Shown here one piece after another: positions 9,683 to 18,070 of a stretch of 64,000 nucleotides of DNA. Position 1 is the stretch's first letter. Each line of letters begins with the position of its first letter. The stretch is from Planctomycetota bacterium (GTDB lineage Bacteria > Planctomycetota > JAJSAM01 > JAJVHW01). The stretch is from assembly GCA_965248445.1 (NCBI GenBank), contig CBDFJG010000003.1, forward strand, positions 384,001-448,000, read 5' to 3'. Both the position numbers and the translations under genes were made by a program. Below the pieces are notes generated by a model. The model worked only from the letters and a program-made list of their open reading frames with translations, had not been told where the DNA came from and made no database searches.

Positions 9683-10219
9683 ATGGCGATGAGACCACGA
9701 CCCAAGACAGCCCGTGTGTTGAGCGGGGGCGGCGGATCGAGCGGGGGGTTCACCCTTCTCGAAGTGCTCCTGGCCACGTCGCTCCTGGCGGTGGGGGCGG
9801 TCTCGGTGCTGGTTGTGCTGGCGTCCGCCGCGGGCTTCGCCGCGCAGCGCCAGGGACAGCAGCGCCTCACGCAGGTCCTCGAGGAAGCCCGCAACGACGC
9901 TCGCGCGATCGCGAACTCGTTCCGGCCCACCAAGGACGCGCCGCTCCCCGGCGGTAGCGACGCGACGTTCGAGCCGAAGACCAGCGCGCTCTACATCGGG
10001 TACCAGTGGACGTCGAAGTTCGCCCACGTGGACAACGACGTGCCCGAAGCCGGGTATCGCGTCCGTGTCTCGGTGGTGTACGGCGACGAGCAGGAGCACG
10101 TCGAGAACCTCATCGTCGGAACCGACACGGTGCCCGACGAGGAGTTCCTGACGTCCAGAACGTACGAGGAACAGAAGGCCGGCGAGGCGGATACCTCCGG
10201 CGGCCGCGAGTCGCGCTAG
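9683..10219 (+). CDS. GspI/PilV-like minor pseudopilin
   Basis: G|FTLLEVLLATSLLAVGAVSVL. YQWT...YRVRVSVVY strands resemble GspI. RBS GGAGG. Confidence 0.75.
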   Translation: MAMRPRPKTARVLSGGGGSSGGFTLLEVLLATSLLAVGAVSVLVVLASAAGFAAQRQGQQRLTQVLEEARNDARAIANSFRPTKDAPLPGGSDATFEPKTSALYIGYQWTSKFAHVDNDVPEAGYRVRVSVVYGDEQEHVENLIVGTDTVPDEEFLTSRTYEEQKAGEADTSGGRESR

Positions 10220-10296
10220 ACGAGTCACAGAGAGCGGGGCGGAAGCGCCGCGCACAGATCGAGTCGCGCATCAGGATGCGAAAAGGAGAACGAGAG

Positions 10297-11790
10297 ATGT
10301 CACGCAGTATTGAATCGTTGCGGGGAATCAGATCGTTGCGGGTTCTCTGCTTGGCCGCGCTCGTGGGCGTCGCCACGCTGGCGCCGCCCGCGCAGGCCGA
10401 CGTCATCGAACTGGCCGACGGCCGCATCCTGCACGGCAAGATCATCGACGGCGAGACGAACGAGGACGGCCTGGCCGTTCAGGTGTTCTCGACCGGTGGC
10501 ACGATCACCATCAGCTGGGACCACGTTCTCGAGTCCCGCCGCAAGCAGTTGCGCATCGACTACGGGATCGACATCCCGGAAGAGGAACAGGTCACGGTCC
10601 CCGGCCACATGGTCACGCTCGTCACCGGCAAGAAGGTGCGGGGCGTCGCCAAGGGCGGAGCCGACGCGCGCCCGCTCGTCCTGAAGACGCGCACCGGTGA
10701 GCAGAGTTACGATGGCTCGCAGGTGGCGGCCGTCGTCGAGATCGGCCTGCCGATCCTCGAGGCCTACACGATCCCCGAGGCCTATGCGCTCCAGGCAGCC
10801 AAGCAGCCCGTCGACTCTGCGTCGGCGCACTTCGCGATGGCGGACTTCAGTATGCGCATCGGCGACTTCGCACACGCCGTCGAGCACCTGAACAGCGCTG
10901 CCGCGGACGGCGATTTCGCGGCCACCACCGATGGCAAGACCATCGCCACGCGCCTGCGCCGCGCGAGCATCCTGCTCGAGGCGGAGGGCGCCCGCAAGCT
11001 GGCCGAGAAGATCAAGTTCGCGATGTACAAGAAGGACTGGAACGACGCGCTGTCCAAGCTGAAGGATCTCGACGGCGACTACCCCGACGAGCAGATCCGC
11101 GGGGCGATCGGCTTCGATCGTCTGCGCTCGCGCGTCGAGAAGGGTCGTGAGAAGCACTTCAAGGCCCGCGTCCAGACGGCGGTCTACAGGAAGATGATCG
11201 ATCTCATGCGCGACAAGGCGCGTCAGAAGAAGGCACTTCGTTCTGACGACGACCGTCCGGGCGCGGCGGTGGCGGGCACGCTCGCCGGCGCCAAGCAGTG
11301 GCTCAACCGCGAGCTGCCCACGCTGCTCTGGGAGGGCGTCGCCTCAGATCTCGGACTCGAGCAGGAGGAGATGGACCGGTTCTGGTCGCAGCGCTCGAGC
11401 AAGCGCCCGCGGATCGGCCTCTACGGCACGGGGTCGTTCATCGTCGTGAAGACCGCAGCCAGATCCGGGGGGGCCAAGCGTCCGCGCCGCCGTCCCCCTG
11501 GTCCCCGGGCCGGCAACAGGGGACCGGGCTCGCAGAAGGAAGCCAAGCCGATGACCGATGAGGGGTGGTGGGCCGGCCGCAAGACCGGCGACCGCGTCAA
11601 GTGGCTGGAGGCCTACTTCGCCAAGAACAGCGGGCTGTTCGAGGTCCTCAGCGTCGACGACACGAAGCTCTGCGACAACTGCGCCGGCGAGGGCATCCTG
11701 ACGGCGGGGTCCGTTGACGGCGGCCAGAACTCGTCGTACTGCCCGAAGTGCAACGGCGCGGGCAAGTTCAGAAGGGTGAGTTATCGATGA
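10297..11790 (+). CDS. Exported protein with C-terminal CxxCxGxG zinc-finger pair
   Basis: Signal peptide ending AQA|DVIELADGRILHGKI. C-terminal CDNCAGEG and CPKCNGAG. ATG 10297 after AAGGAG. Confidence 0.65.
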   Translation: MSRSIESLRGIRSLRVLCLAALVGVATLAPPAQADVIELADGRILHGKIIDGETNEDGLAVQVFSTGGTITISWDHVLESRRKQLRIDYGIDIPEEEQVTVPGHMVTLVTGKKVRGVAKGGADARPLVLKTRTGEQSYDGSQVAAVVEIGLPILEAYTIPEAYALQAAKQPVDSASAHFAMADFSMRIGDFAHAVEHLNSAAADGDFAATTDGKTIATRLRRASILLEAEGARKLAEKIKFAMYKKDWNDALSKLKDLDGDYPDEQIRGAIGFDRLRSRVEKGREKHFKARVQTAVYRKMIDLMRDKARQKKALRSDDDRPGAAVAGTLAGAKQWLNRELPTLLWEGVASDLGLEQEEMDRFWSQRSSKRPRIGLYGTGSFIVVKTAARSGGAKRPRRRPPGPRAGNRGPGSQKEAKPMTDEGWWAGRKTGDRVKWLEAYFAKNSGLFEVLSVDDTKLCDNCAGEGILTAGSVDGGQNSSYCPKCNGAGKFRRVSYR

Positions 11791-12368
11791 TCTCCGGTTC
11801 GGCCACGCGACGTGCCCTGCTCGCACTGACCGCGCTCGCGGTCCTTGCGTTCCCGCTGACGGCCTCGGCCAAGAGCCCGAAGTCCGGCGAGCGCCCGTCC
11901 GTCGAGCAGTTGCTGCAGAAGCACACGAAAGCCAAGGCCGACGCCGAAGCAGCGGCGATCGAGGCGTCCCGCGATCCGCACAGAGAGACGATCGAGGGGT
12001 ACAAGGACGGCACGACCCCGCTCGCCGACTACGAGGCGCTCATGGAGCTGATCGCCAACGAGAAGGACGACAAGATGCGGAAGTACCGGCGCCCCGCGGC
12101 GACGGCACTCATGGAGCGGTTCATCAAGGCCGGAGCCGACGGCGACGACCGCGTGCGGGAGCTGCGCGCTGCGGCAGTGCTCGAGATCCTGCACCTCATG
12201 AAGTCGAGCAAGAAGGAGACGCTCAGCCTCGCGATCATCCACGACATCCTGAGCGAGTTCTGGAAGCGCAAGATGAGCGACTACAACTTCAAGGCCACGA
12301 AGGAGCTGAAGGACCGGCGCAAGGCCTACAACTCCATGAAGAAGTACCTGCAAGGCCAAGAGCGCTGA
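11787..12368 (+). CDS. Exported helical hypothetical protein
   Basis: ATGA overlap with the upstream stop. Signal peptide RRALLALTALAVLAFPLTASA. Lys/Glu-rich helical body. Confidence 0.65.
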   Translation: MISGSATRRALLALTALAVLAFPLTASAKSPKSGERPSVEQLLQKHTKAKADAEAAAIEASRDPHRETIEGYKDGTTPLADYEALMELIANEKDDKMRKYRRPAATALMERFIKAGADGDDRVRELRAAAVLEILHLMKSSKKETLSLAIIHDILSEFWKRKMSDYNFKATKELKDRRKAYNSMKKYLQGQER

Positions 12369-13460
12369 GTGGCGTCCCGCATCCGCGCACTCTGGCTGTG
12401 CGCCGTTGTCTTCGTCCCGCTCTGTTCGTGCGCGACGTCGCACGTGCCGCCGCCGCCGGCCCCGGTTCTGGTCGATCAACCGGGACGCGCTTTCGACTGG
12501 CCCGCCGACGACGGCGCAGCGCGCTCCTTGCCGCCGCTGCCGAGTGTGACGGCCGCCGCGCCCGCGCGGGCGGGAGGGCTCCCGTCACCGGGCAACGGCG
12601 CGGACGACACGCTGTACGTGATCGGCGGTCGCAGCATCGGCGAGTCGGACCTGGGCCGCTTCATGCTGCGGTACTTCCCGGACCACGCGCGGGAGGCGCT
12701 CATCCAGCTGGTCGACGTCGTGCTCGTGGAGGCGGAGGCAGCGCGCCTGGGCGTCACCGCGGACGAACGGCTCGTGCGGGAGAAGACGTCCGCCTACGTC
12801 GAGGAGCGGGCGCGGCAGACGCGGGAGCAGTACGGGGAGGATGCCCGTCTCTCCGATCTTCTCGAGGAGAAGTACGGGCGAGATCTCGCGAGGTTCACGC
12901 GCGATGCCGAACGGCTGGCCCGCGTCGCCGTGCTGCGCGACGTGCTCGTACGCTACGACCAGGCGGCGACGCCGCGCGCGACCCTCCGGGTGCTCGTGGC
13001 CCCCGACGAGGCTGCCGCGGCGGACCTCGCCGATCGCCTGCGGCGGGGGGCGGACCCGGTGCTCCTGGCGCGCTCGATCGGCATGGAGGAGCCCGTCTCC
13101 CCGCCGCCGCTCGCGCGCGACGAGATCCGGCCCGACACGCTCGGGGCGGCCGTGTTCGGCGCGTCACCCGGGGAAGTGATCGGCCCGTTCCCGTTCACGG
13201 CTGAGGACGGCACCACGTGGTTTCAGGTCGTGCGCGTGGTCGCGCGCACGGACGGAAGTGGCGCCGGCTACCCGACGCTGGCCGAGGCGGTCGGCCGTGA
13301 CATCGCCTCTCGGCCGGTCGGTGTGGACGAGTATCTTGCCTGGCGGCAGCGCGCCCTGGCGCGACGGAGTGTCGAGGTGCGCCGCGAGGCGGGACGGATG
13401 GTCCCGTGGATTGAGAACGCGCCGATTCAGCACGCGCCGCGTTCGGGTGCGTCGAAGTGA
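12369..13460 (+). CDS. PrsA/SurA-like lipoprotein foldase (degenerate parvulin-type PPIase domain)
   Basis: Lipobox-like LCSC. SurA-N-like LVEAEAARLGVT. Parvulin-like LRVLVAPDEAAAADLADRLRRGAD...AVFGASPGEVIGPF...FQVVRV. Confidence 0.65.
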   Translation: MASRIRALWLCAVVFVPLCSCATSHVPPPPAPVLVDQPGRAFDWPADDGAARSLPPLPSVTAAAPARAGGLPSPGNGADDTLYVIGGRSIGESDLGRFMLRYFPDHAREALIQLVDVVLVEAEAARLGVTADERLVREKTSAYVEERARQTREQYGEDARLSDLLEEKYGRDLARFTRDAERLARVAVLRDVLVRYDQAATPRATLRVLVAPDEAAAADLADRLRRGADPVLLARSIGMEEPVSPPPLARDEIRPDTLGAAVFGASPGEVIGPFPFTAEDGTTWFQVVRVVARTDGSGAGYPTLAEAVGRDIASRPVGVDEYLAWRQRALARRSVEVRREAGRMVPWIENAPIQHAPRSGASK

Positions 13461-13482
13461 GTCACGTGGCCGGAGGTGCGCA

Positions 13483-14259
13483 GTGAGCGAGATGGACGGC
13501 AACGGCAACGGCAACGGCGGAGGAATGGGATCGCTCACTTCTTCTGGCTCGTCCGCTGACGCGGACGATGCGGCGTTGCCCCGGATTGCGCCGAGTGCGC
13601 TCCGGGCGGCGACGTTGTCTTCTGGCTCGTCTGCTGACGCAGACGACGCGCTTGGTGGCGGTGCCGAAGCAGATGACGGGATCGAGGAACTTGAGCAGCT
13701 CGAGGAGCTGGACGAGCATGCCGTTGCTTGGCGTGCTTTGCCTCTCCAGACGCGCATCGAGGCGCTGCTGTTCGCGGCCACCGAGCCGCTGTCGCTGCGG
13801 CGACTTGCGCACGCGGCGGGGGACGTCGAGAGCGGGGAGGTGAGCGCGGCGCTCGAGGCGCTGTCGTCGCACTATCGCCACACCGCCCGCGCCTTCGACC
13901 TGCGCGAGATCGGCGGCGGATACCAGCTGCGGACCACACCGGAGCTGGCCGGGCTGGTCGCCCGCGTCGGGCGCAAGCCGCGCGCCGAATCCCTCTCGAA
14001 GGCCGCCATGGAGACCCTCGCGATCGTCGCGTATCGCCAGCCGGTGCTCCGGGCGGACGTCGAGAAGATCCGCGGAGTGGCGAGCGGCGAGGTCCTCCGG
14101 ACGCTCATCGAGAAGGGTCTCGCCCGCGTGGCCGGCCGGGCCGATCTGCCGGGCGCCCCACTCCTCTACGGGACGACGTCCGACTTCCTCGAGCTGTTCG
14201 GGCTGCGCAACCTGAACGACCTGCCCTCGGACGGCGACCTGCTGCGGCGGAGCCTCTGA
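13483..14259 (+). CDS. scpB: SMC-ScpAB complex subunit ScpB
   Basis: IEALLFAATEPLS, GGGYQLRT, LSKAAMETLAIVAYRQPV-RADVEKIRGV and PGAPLLYGTTSDFLELFGL. Start set at GTG 13483 after GGAGGT. Confidence 0.95.
   Translation: MSEMDGNGNGNGGGMGSLTSSGSSADADDAALPRIAPSALRAATLSSGSSADADDALGGGAEADDGIEELEQLEELDEHAVAWRALPLQTRIEALLFAATEPLSLRRLAHAAGDVESGEVSAALEALSSHYRHTARAFDLREIGGGYQLRTTPELAGLVARVGRKPRAESLSKAAMETLAIVAYRQPVLRADVEKIRGVASGEVLRTLIEKGLARVAGRADLPGAPLLYGTTSDFLELFGLRNLNDLPSDGDLLRRSL
13540..13650 (+). repeat. 33-bp imperfect in-frame direct repeat in the scpB 5' extension
   Basis: Copies at 13540-13572 and 13618-13650 both encode SSGSSADADDA. Confidence 0.85.
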
Positions 14260-14296
14260 GGGCGCCCGGGCAGGGTCTGAGTAGGCCCGGGCAGGG
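14255..14296. repeat. 21-bp tandem duplication spanning the scpB stop codon
   Basis: tctgagggcgcccgggcaggg followed by tctgagtaggcccgggcaggg (18/21 identical). Confidence 0.8.
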
Positions 14297-14416
14297 CAAG
14301 GCTGCGCTCCCGGTCGTCGCCTCCTTCCGCCCCCTCGCCGCCCCCGAGTAGGATCATGGGTTCGGCCGGTAGGGACCGGATGCCGGGTAGCCGGGAACCA
14401 CGAGGAACGCTGTGCC

Positions 14417-16429
14417 ATGAAGGATGAGAATCCTCTCGATCTCGAGCAGCACGCCGACGAGACGGCCTGGGATGTCTGGAAGCGGCGGCTGATCTTCGGA
14501 CTGATCATCCTCCTGTGCATCACGTTCGCGGCTCCCGCGTTCGGGAGTTGCAGCAGTGCGTTCGACTCCGAAGACGTCGTCGCGACCTATCGCTTGAACG
14601 GGGAACTGCGCGCCGTCGGCGACGAGGAGTTCCGCGACCTGCAGCAGCGTCTCTACCAGTCGCACGCCGTGCTCAGTGGCCGGAGCCCCCAGGAGGACGA
14701 AGTCTGGGGGCACTTCCTGCTGAACCAGGCCGCACTCGCCGAGGGGATCTACGTCTCCGACGACGCCGCGATGACGTGGGTCCGCGACGTGCCCGATTTC
14801 CAGGCCGGCGGCAGGTTTGACGAGGACGCCTACCTGGGCACGCTCGCGAACGCCACGAGCGGGAGGCTCACGCACAAGAGTTTCCTGCGCACGGTGAAGG
14901 AGATCCTGCGCGGCCGCGAGTACCGGCGAATGTTCGCACTCGCGGTGCTGTCGCAGCCCTCCGAGGACGCGTTCATCACCTGGCAGGAGCAGAACAAGAA
15001 GATCTCACTCGAGTACATCGTGCAGGAGTTCGATCCCGTGGCGGCCGACGTCGCTGCGATCGAGCCGACCGAGGACGACCTACGCGTGTTCGTCACGCTC
15101 CCGACGATCGAAGCCCGGCTGCGCCTGCCGCCGCGGAAAGTCGTTGAAGCGGCCTACGTGAGGGTCCTGGAACTCGAGGCGTCGCAGAAGACGGAGCTCG
15201 AGACTCTGCTGACCGAGCGCGGGCGGCTCGACAAGGCCCTGGTCAGGCTGGCGAAGCAGGAGTGGGCGGCGGGCGCCGAGCGCGTCTACACCGAGAAGAA
15301 CTGGAAGGACTCCAAGCGCCGGCTGCGCCAGCTCCAGATCGACGACCTCGTCAAGGACTGGGTGGAGGGCGGCAACCAGGGCGACCTGCCCGACGACAAG
15401 TACCCACCCGACCCCTCGGCGATCGAGTGGCCGGCGAACGTCCTCGACCAGTTCGAGAAGTTCTGGCGCGACGACCTCGAACGAGAGGTCTTGATCCGCG
15501 AGTACGTGAAGCTGGTCGCAGAGCAGGCCGAGCGCGAGGGGAAGTCGTTCGCGGACCTCGCGACAGAGCACGCCGTGCACGGACTGAAGATCGTGCGCAA
15601 CGCCGAGGCCCAGACTGACAACGACCTCGTCGAGCAGTTCCCCGAGGGTCTCGGCCGCGACTCCGAATTCAGCAACGTCGTGCGCACGTTCCTCACCGGG
15701 CCGCGAGACGGAACGGCGTTCCTTCCGAAGGTGCACGTGGAACCGGTGCCGACGACGTCACTCGGCTCTGCGCTCGAGGACCGCGGATACATGGTGTTGC
15801 GCCTCGCGGACTTCGAAGCTGCGCGGCCGCGGCGTGTGGACGAAGCGCGTGACGAGATCGTCAAGATCTGGCGGGAGCACGAAGTCAGCAGGGTCGTGCG
15901 AGAGAAGATCGAAGCGGTGCGTGAGTCCGTGCGCGACACCGTCACGTTCGCCGACGCGGCGAAGACCGCCGGTCTGACAGTCCAGTCGCTGCGCAACGTG
16001 AACCGGAAGACGCGGAAGACGGGCTCCCGGGCCGGACCTACGGCAGGACCGGGCGAGACCCTGGACGACGCCACAGCCGCCGTCGCGCGCCGGCTGCGCC
16101 ACCGCAACCGCGTTCTCGATGCGTACCCGCAGCTCCGCATGACCAAGATCGACGATCTGATGGCGCCCGGCTCGATCATCCTGGATGACCGGACCCGCGC
16201 TGCGTACCTGATCCGCGTGACGGCGAAGGTGGACCCGCGTCCGATCGAGATGACTGAGTCGGACCTTCGACGGGTGCAGCAGCAGAACTCGCTCCAGGCG
16301 ATGCAGGCGCTCAACGATCTCGTCGGCCTCGACGCGCTGAAGCGGCGCCTCTCGTTCAAGGAGATCGAGCGCACGTCACCGAGCGACGACGCCGAGGACG
16401 AGGAAGCCCGCTCCGACGACGACAGCTAA
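14417..16429 (+). CDS. PpiD/SurA-N-like membrane-anchored periplasmic chaperone
   Basis: N-terminal TM helix. AALAEGIYVSDD...FQAGGRFDEDAY, KKISLEYI, EPTEDDL and FADAAKTAGLTV follow the PpiD pattern. Confidence 0.6.
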   Translation: MKDENPLDLEQHADETAWDVWKRRLIFGLIILLCITFAAPAFGSCSSAFDSEDVVATYRLNGELRAVGDEEFRDLQQRLYQSHAVLSGRSPQEDEVWGHFLLNQAALAEGIYVSDDAAMTWVRDVPDFQAGGRFDEDAYLGTLANATSGRLTHKSFLRTVKEILRGREYRRMFALAVLSQPSEDAFITWQEQNKKISLEYIVQEFDPVAADVAAIEPTEDDLRVFVTLPTIEARLRLPPRKVVEAAYVRVLELEASQKTELETLLTERGRLDKALVRLAKQEWAAGAERVYTEKNWKDSKRRLRQLQIDDLVKDWVEGGNQGDLPDDKYPPDPSAIEWPANVLDQFEKFWRDDLEREVLIREYVKLVAEQAEREGKSFADLATEHAVHGLKIVRNAEAQTDNDLVEQFPEGLGRDSEFSNVVRTFLTGPRDGTAFLPKVHVEPVPTTSLGSALEDRGYMVLRLADFEAARPRRVDEARDEIVKIWREHEVSRVVREKIEAVRESVRDTVTFADAAKTAGLTVQSLRNVNRKTRKTGSRAGPTAGPGETLDDATAAVARRLRHRNRVLDAYPQLRMTKIDDLMAPGSIILDDRTRAAYLIRVTAKVDPRPIEMTESDLRRVQQQNSLQAMQALNDLVGLDALKRRLSFKEIERTSPSDDAEDEEARSDDDS

Positions 16430-16434
16430 CCGCG

Positions 16435-16719
16435 TCAGTCCTGGGGCGTCTCGCGCGACTCGGATGTGGGCACCGGCACCGGGTCGTACCCGCCCTCGCA
16501 GCCCGGCCGGCAACGCAGGATGCGGCGCGCGGTCATCCAGCCACCGCGCATGGCACCGTGTGCGGTCACGGCCTCGATGGCATACGCCGAGCAGGTCGGA
16601 TGAAATCGACATGCCGCCGGGAGCAGTGGCGAGACACCCAGGCGGTAGGCCCGGACCAGGATGACCACCACCCACGCGAGCGGACTTCGCCGCTCCGGCC
16701 CGTCCGCCACTGCCGTCAC
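16435..16719 (-). CDS. yidD: Membrane protein insertion efficiency factor YidD
   Basis: YRLGVSPLLPAACRFHPTCSAYAIEA...RILRCRP...GGYDPVP. Confidence 0.95.
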   Translation of the reverse strand: MTAVADGPERRSPLAWVVVILVRAYRLGVSPLLPAACRFHPTCSAYAIEAVTAHGAMRGGWMTARRILRCRPGCEGGYDPVPVPTSESRETPQD

Positions 16720-17180
16720 CGCCGCCGCCGCTGCCGCGGCGGATCCCGGTTCGGTCCGTCCGCGGCCAGGCGTGCGACCGCCCGTCCCGCCGCCGTGATC
16801 AGGTTGTCGCGGATCTGCTCCATCCCGAGTTCATGCAGCGCGGACCTCGGCAAGAGCACGAGGTCGTGCCCTTCCGGCAGACGCGGCCGCGCGGTCCGGA
16901 AGGCCTCCCGCAAGAGCCGCCGGACGCGGTTACGGCGGACGGCGCCTCCCCAACGACGTCCCACGACGAGGGCCAGCCGGGGTGGCCGGTCGTCGGCGCG
17001 GTCGAACGCGTAGACGACCACCGGCCCCGCAGCTGCGCTGCGTCCACGATCGAACGCCCTGCGGACCTCCCGAGAGCGCTTGACGCGGGCCCCCTTGGGC
17101 AGGGTCCGCCGGGCCCCGGGCTGGGTGACCGGCGCGACCGGGGCGGGCTCTGGGAGCGGAGGGGGCTCGGATCGGGGCAC
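16716..17180 (-). CDS. rnpA: Ribonuclease P protein component
   Basis: RLALVVGRRWGGAVRRNRVRRLLREAFR (RNR motif). 4-bp overlap with yidD. Confidence 0.93.
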   Translation of the reverse strand: MPRSEPPPLPEPAPVAPVTQPGARRTLPKGARVKRSREVRRAFDRGRSAAAGPVVVYAFDRADDRPPRLALVVGRRWGGAVRRNRVRRLLREAFRTARPRLPEGHDLVLLPRSALHELGMEQIRDNLITAAGRAVARLAADGPNRDPPRQRRRR

Positions 17181-17221
17181 GACCCGCGGATCGTACGGTC
17201 CACGTGCCGCACACTTCCCGG

Positions 17222-17270
17222 TTGACGGGTCTGTTAGTGTCTGTTAGTACTTTGTTCGATAACTAAACGA
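17222..17270 (+). promoter_or_regulatory. Candidate lexA promoter with overlapping tandem operator-like repeats
   Basis: TTGACG at 17222, then 17 bp to TAGTAC preceded by TG. Perfect 10-bp tandem GTCTGTTAGT x2 (17229-17248) plus TGTTCG at 17253. AT-rich patch in GC-rich DNA. Confidence 0.55.
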
Positions 17271-17333
17271 CAACGGCTCCCCAGGCCAGATCGCGAGATC
17301 ACTGGGAGCTCGGCACGAGCGGGGACGACCCAG

Positions 17334-17408
17334 ATGCAACTGATCCTGACTGAACTGCCCGTGTTCCTGTTCCTCGTGGTGGTCGTGGCCGGAGCGCTCC
17401 TCTCGTGA
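17334..17408 (+). CDS. 24-aa hydrophobic small protein upstream of lexA (not in ORF track)
   Basis: ATG...TGA reads MQLILTELPVFLFLVVVVAGALLS. GGGGA lies upstream. The stop overlaps the lexA start (GTGA). Most codons end in G or C. Confidence 0.55.
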   Translation: MQLILTELPVFLFLVVVVAGALLS

Positions 17409-18001
17409 AGCCCTACACCCCGCGCCAGCGGTCGATCCTCGTCTTCGTGCGCGACTACCTGCGCGAGCACGGCGTGGCTCCGACCCTCGAAGAGATCGGG
17501 CGGTCGTTCGGGGTGCACAGGGTCACGATCTTTCAGCACATGAACGCGCTGGAGCGGCGCGGCGCCGTCCGCCGGCACCCGACTCTCGCCCGCGCGATCG
17601 AGATCCTGGATCCCGACTATCAGCCCGACACGGGTGTACAGATCCTCGGCCGCATCGCGGCCGGCGCTCCGATCGAGGCGATCGAGCATCCCGAGCCCCT
17701 GCTTCCAGATGACGTCCTCCCCAGCGACGGCGATCACTACGCGTTGCGCGTCGAGGGAGACTCCATGATCGAGGACGCCATTTGCGATGGCGACCTGGTC
17801 GTGGTGCGACGGACGAACCGAGCGCGCAACGGCGATGTGGTCGTCGCGGTGCTACCGGGCGGAGACGCGACGCTGAAGCGCTTCCGGCCACTCAAGGGCG
17901 GCCGCGTTCGGCTGGAGCCCGCGAATGCCCGCCTCGAACCGATCGAAGTGGACGCAGTCGAGATCCGTGGCGTCGTGACAGCCGTCGTACGCCAGCTGTA
18001 A
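17405..18001 (+). CDS. lexA: SOS repressor LexA
   Basis: wHTH TPRQRSILVFVRDY...PTLEEIG. Ala-Gly cleavage site GRIAAGAP. Catalytic Ser (GDSM) and Lys (ATLKRF). Confidence 0.95.
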   Translation: MKPYTPRQRSILVFVRDYLREHGVAPTLEEIGRSFGVHRVTIFQHMNALERRGAVRRHPTLARAIEILDPDYQPDTGVQILGRIAAGAPIEAIEHPEPLLPDDVLPSDGDHYALRVEGDSMIEDAICDGDLVVVRRTNRARNGDVVVAVLPGGDATLKRFRPLKGGRVRLEPANARLEPIEVDAVEIRGVVTAVVRQL

Positions 18002-18070
18002 GGGCGCCCGCCCCTGCGGAACCGTGCGTCGCAACCGCGTGTCGCCGCGGGTCTTCGGTATCGTGGTGCC

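Noticed and set aside
4032..9933. Long minus-strand ORFs (4032-5450, 6549-8378, 8431-9933)
   Set aside because: These are antisense shadows of well-supported + strand genes, expected in high-GC DNA, and show no motifs.
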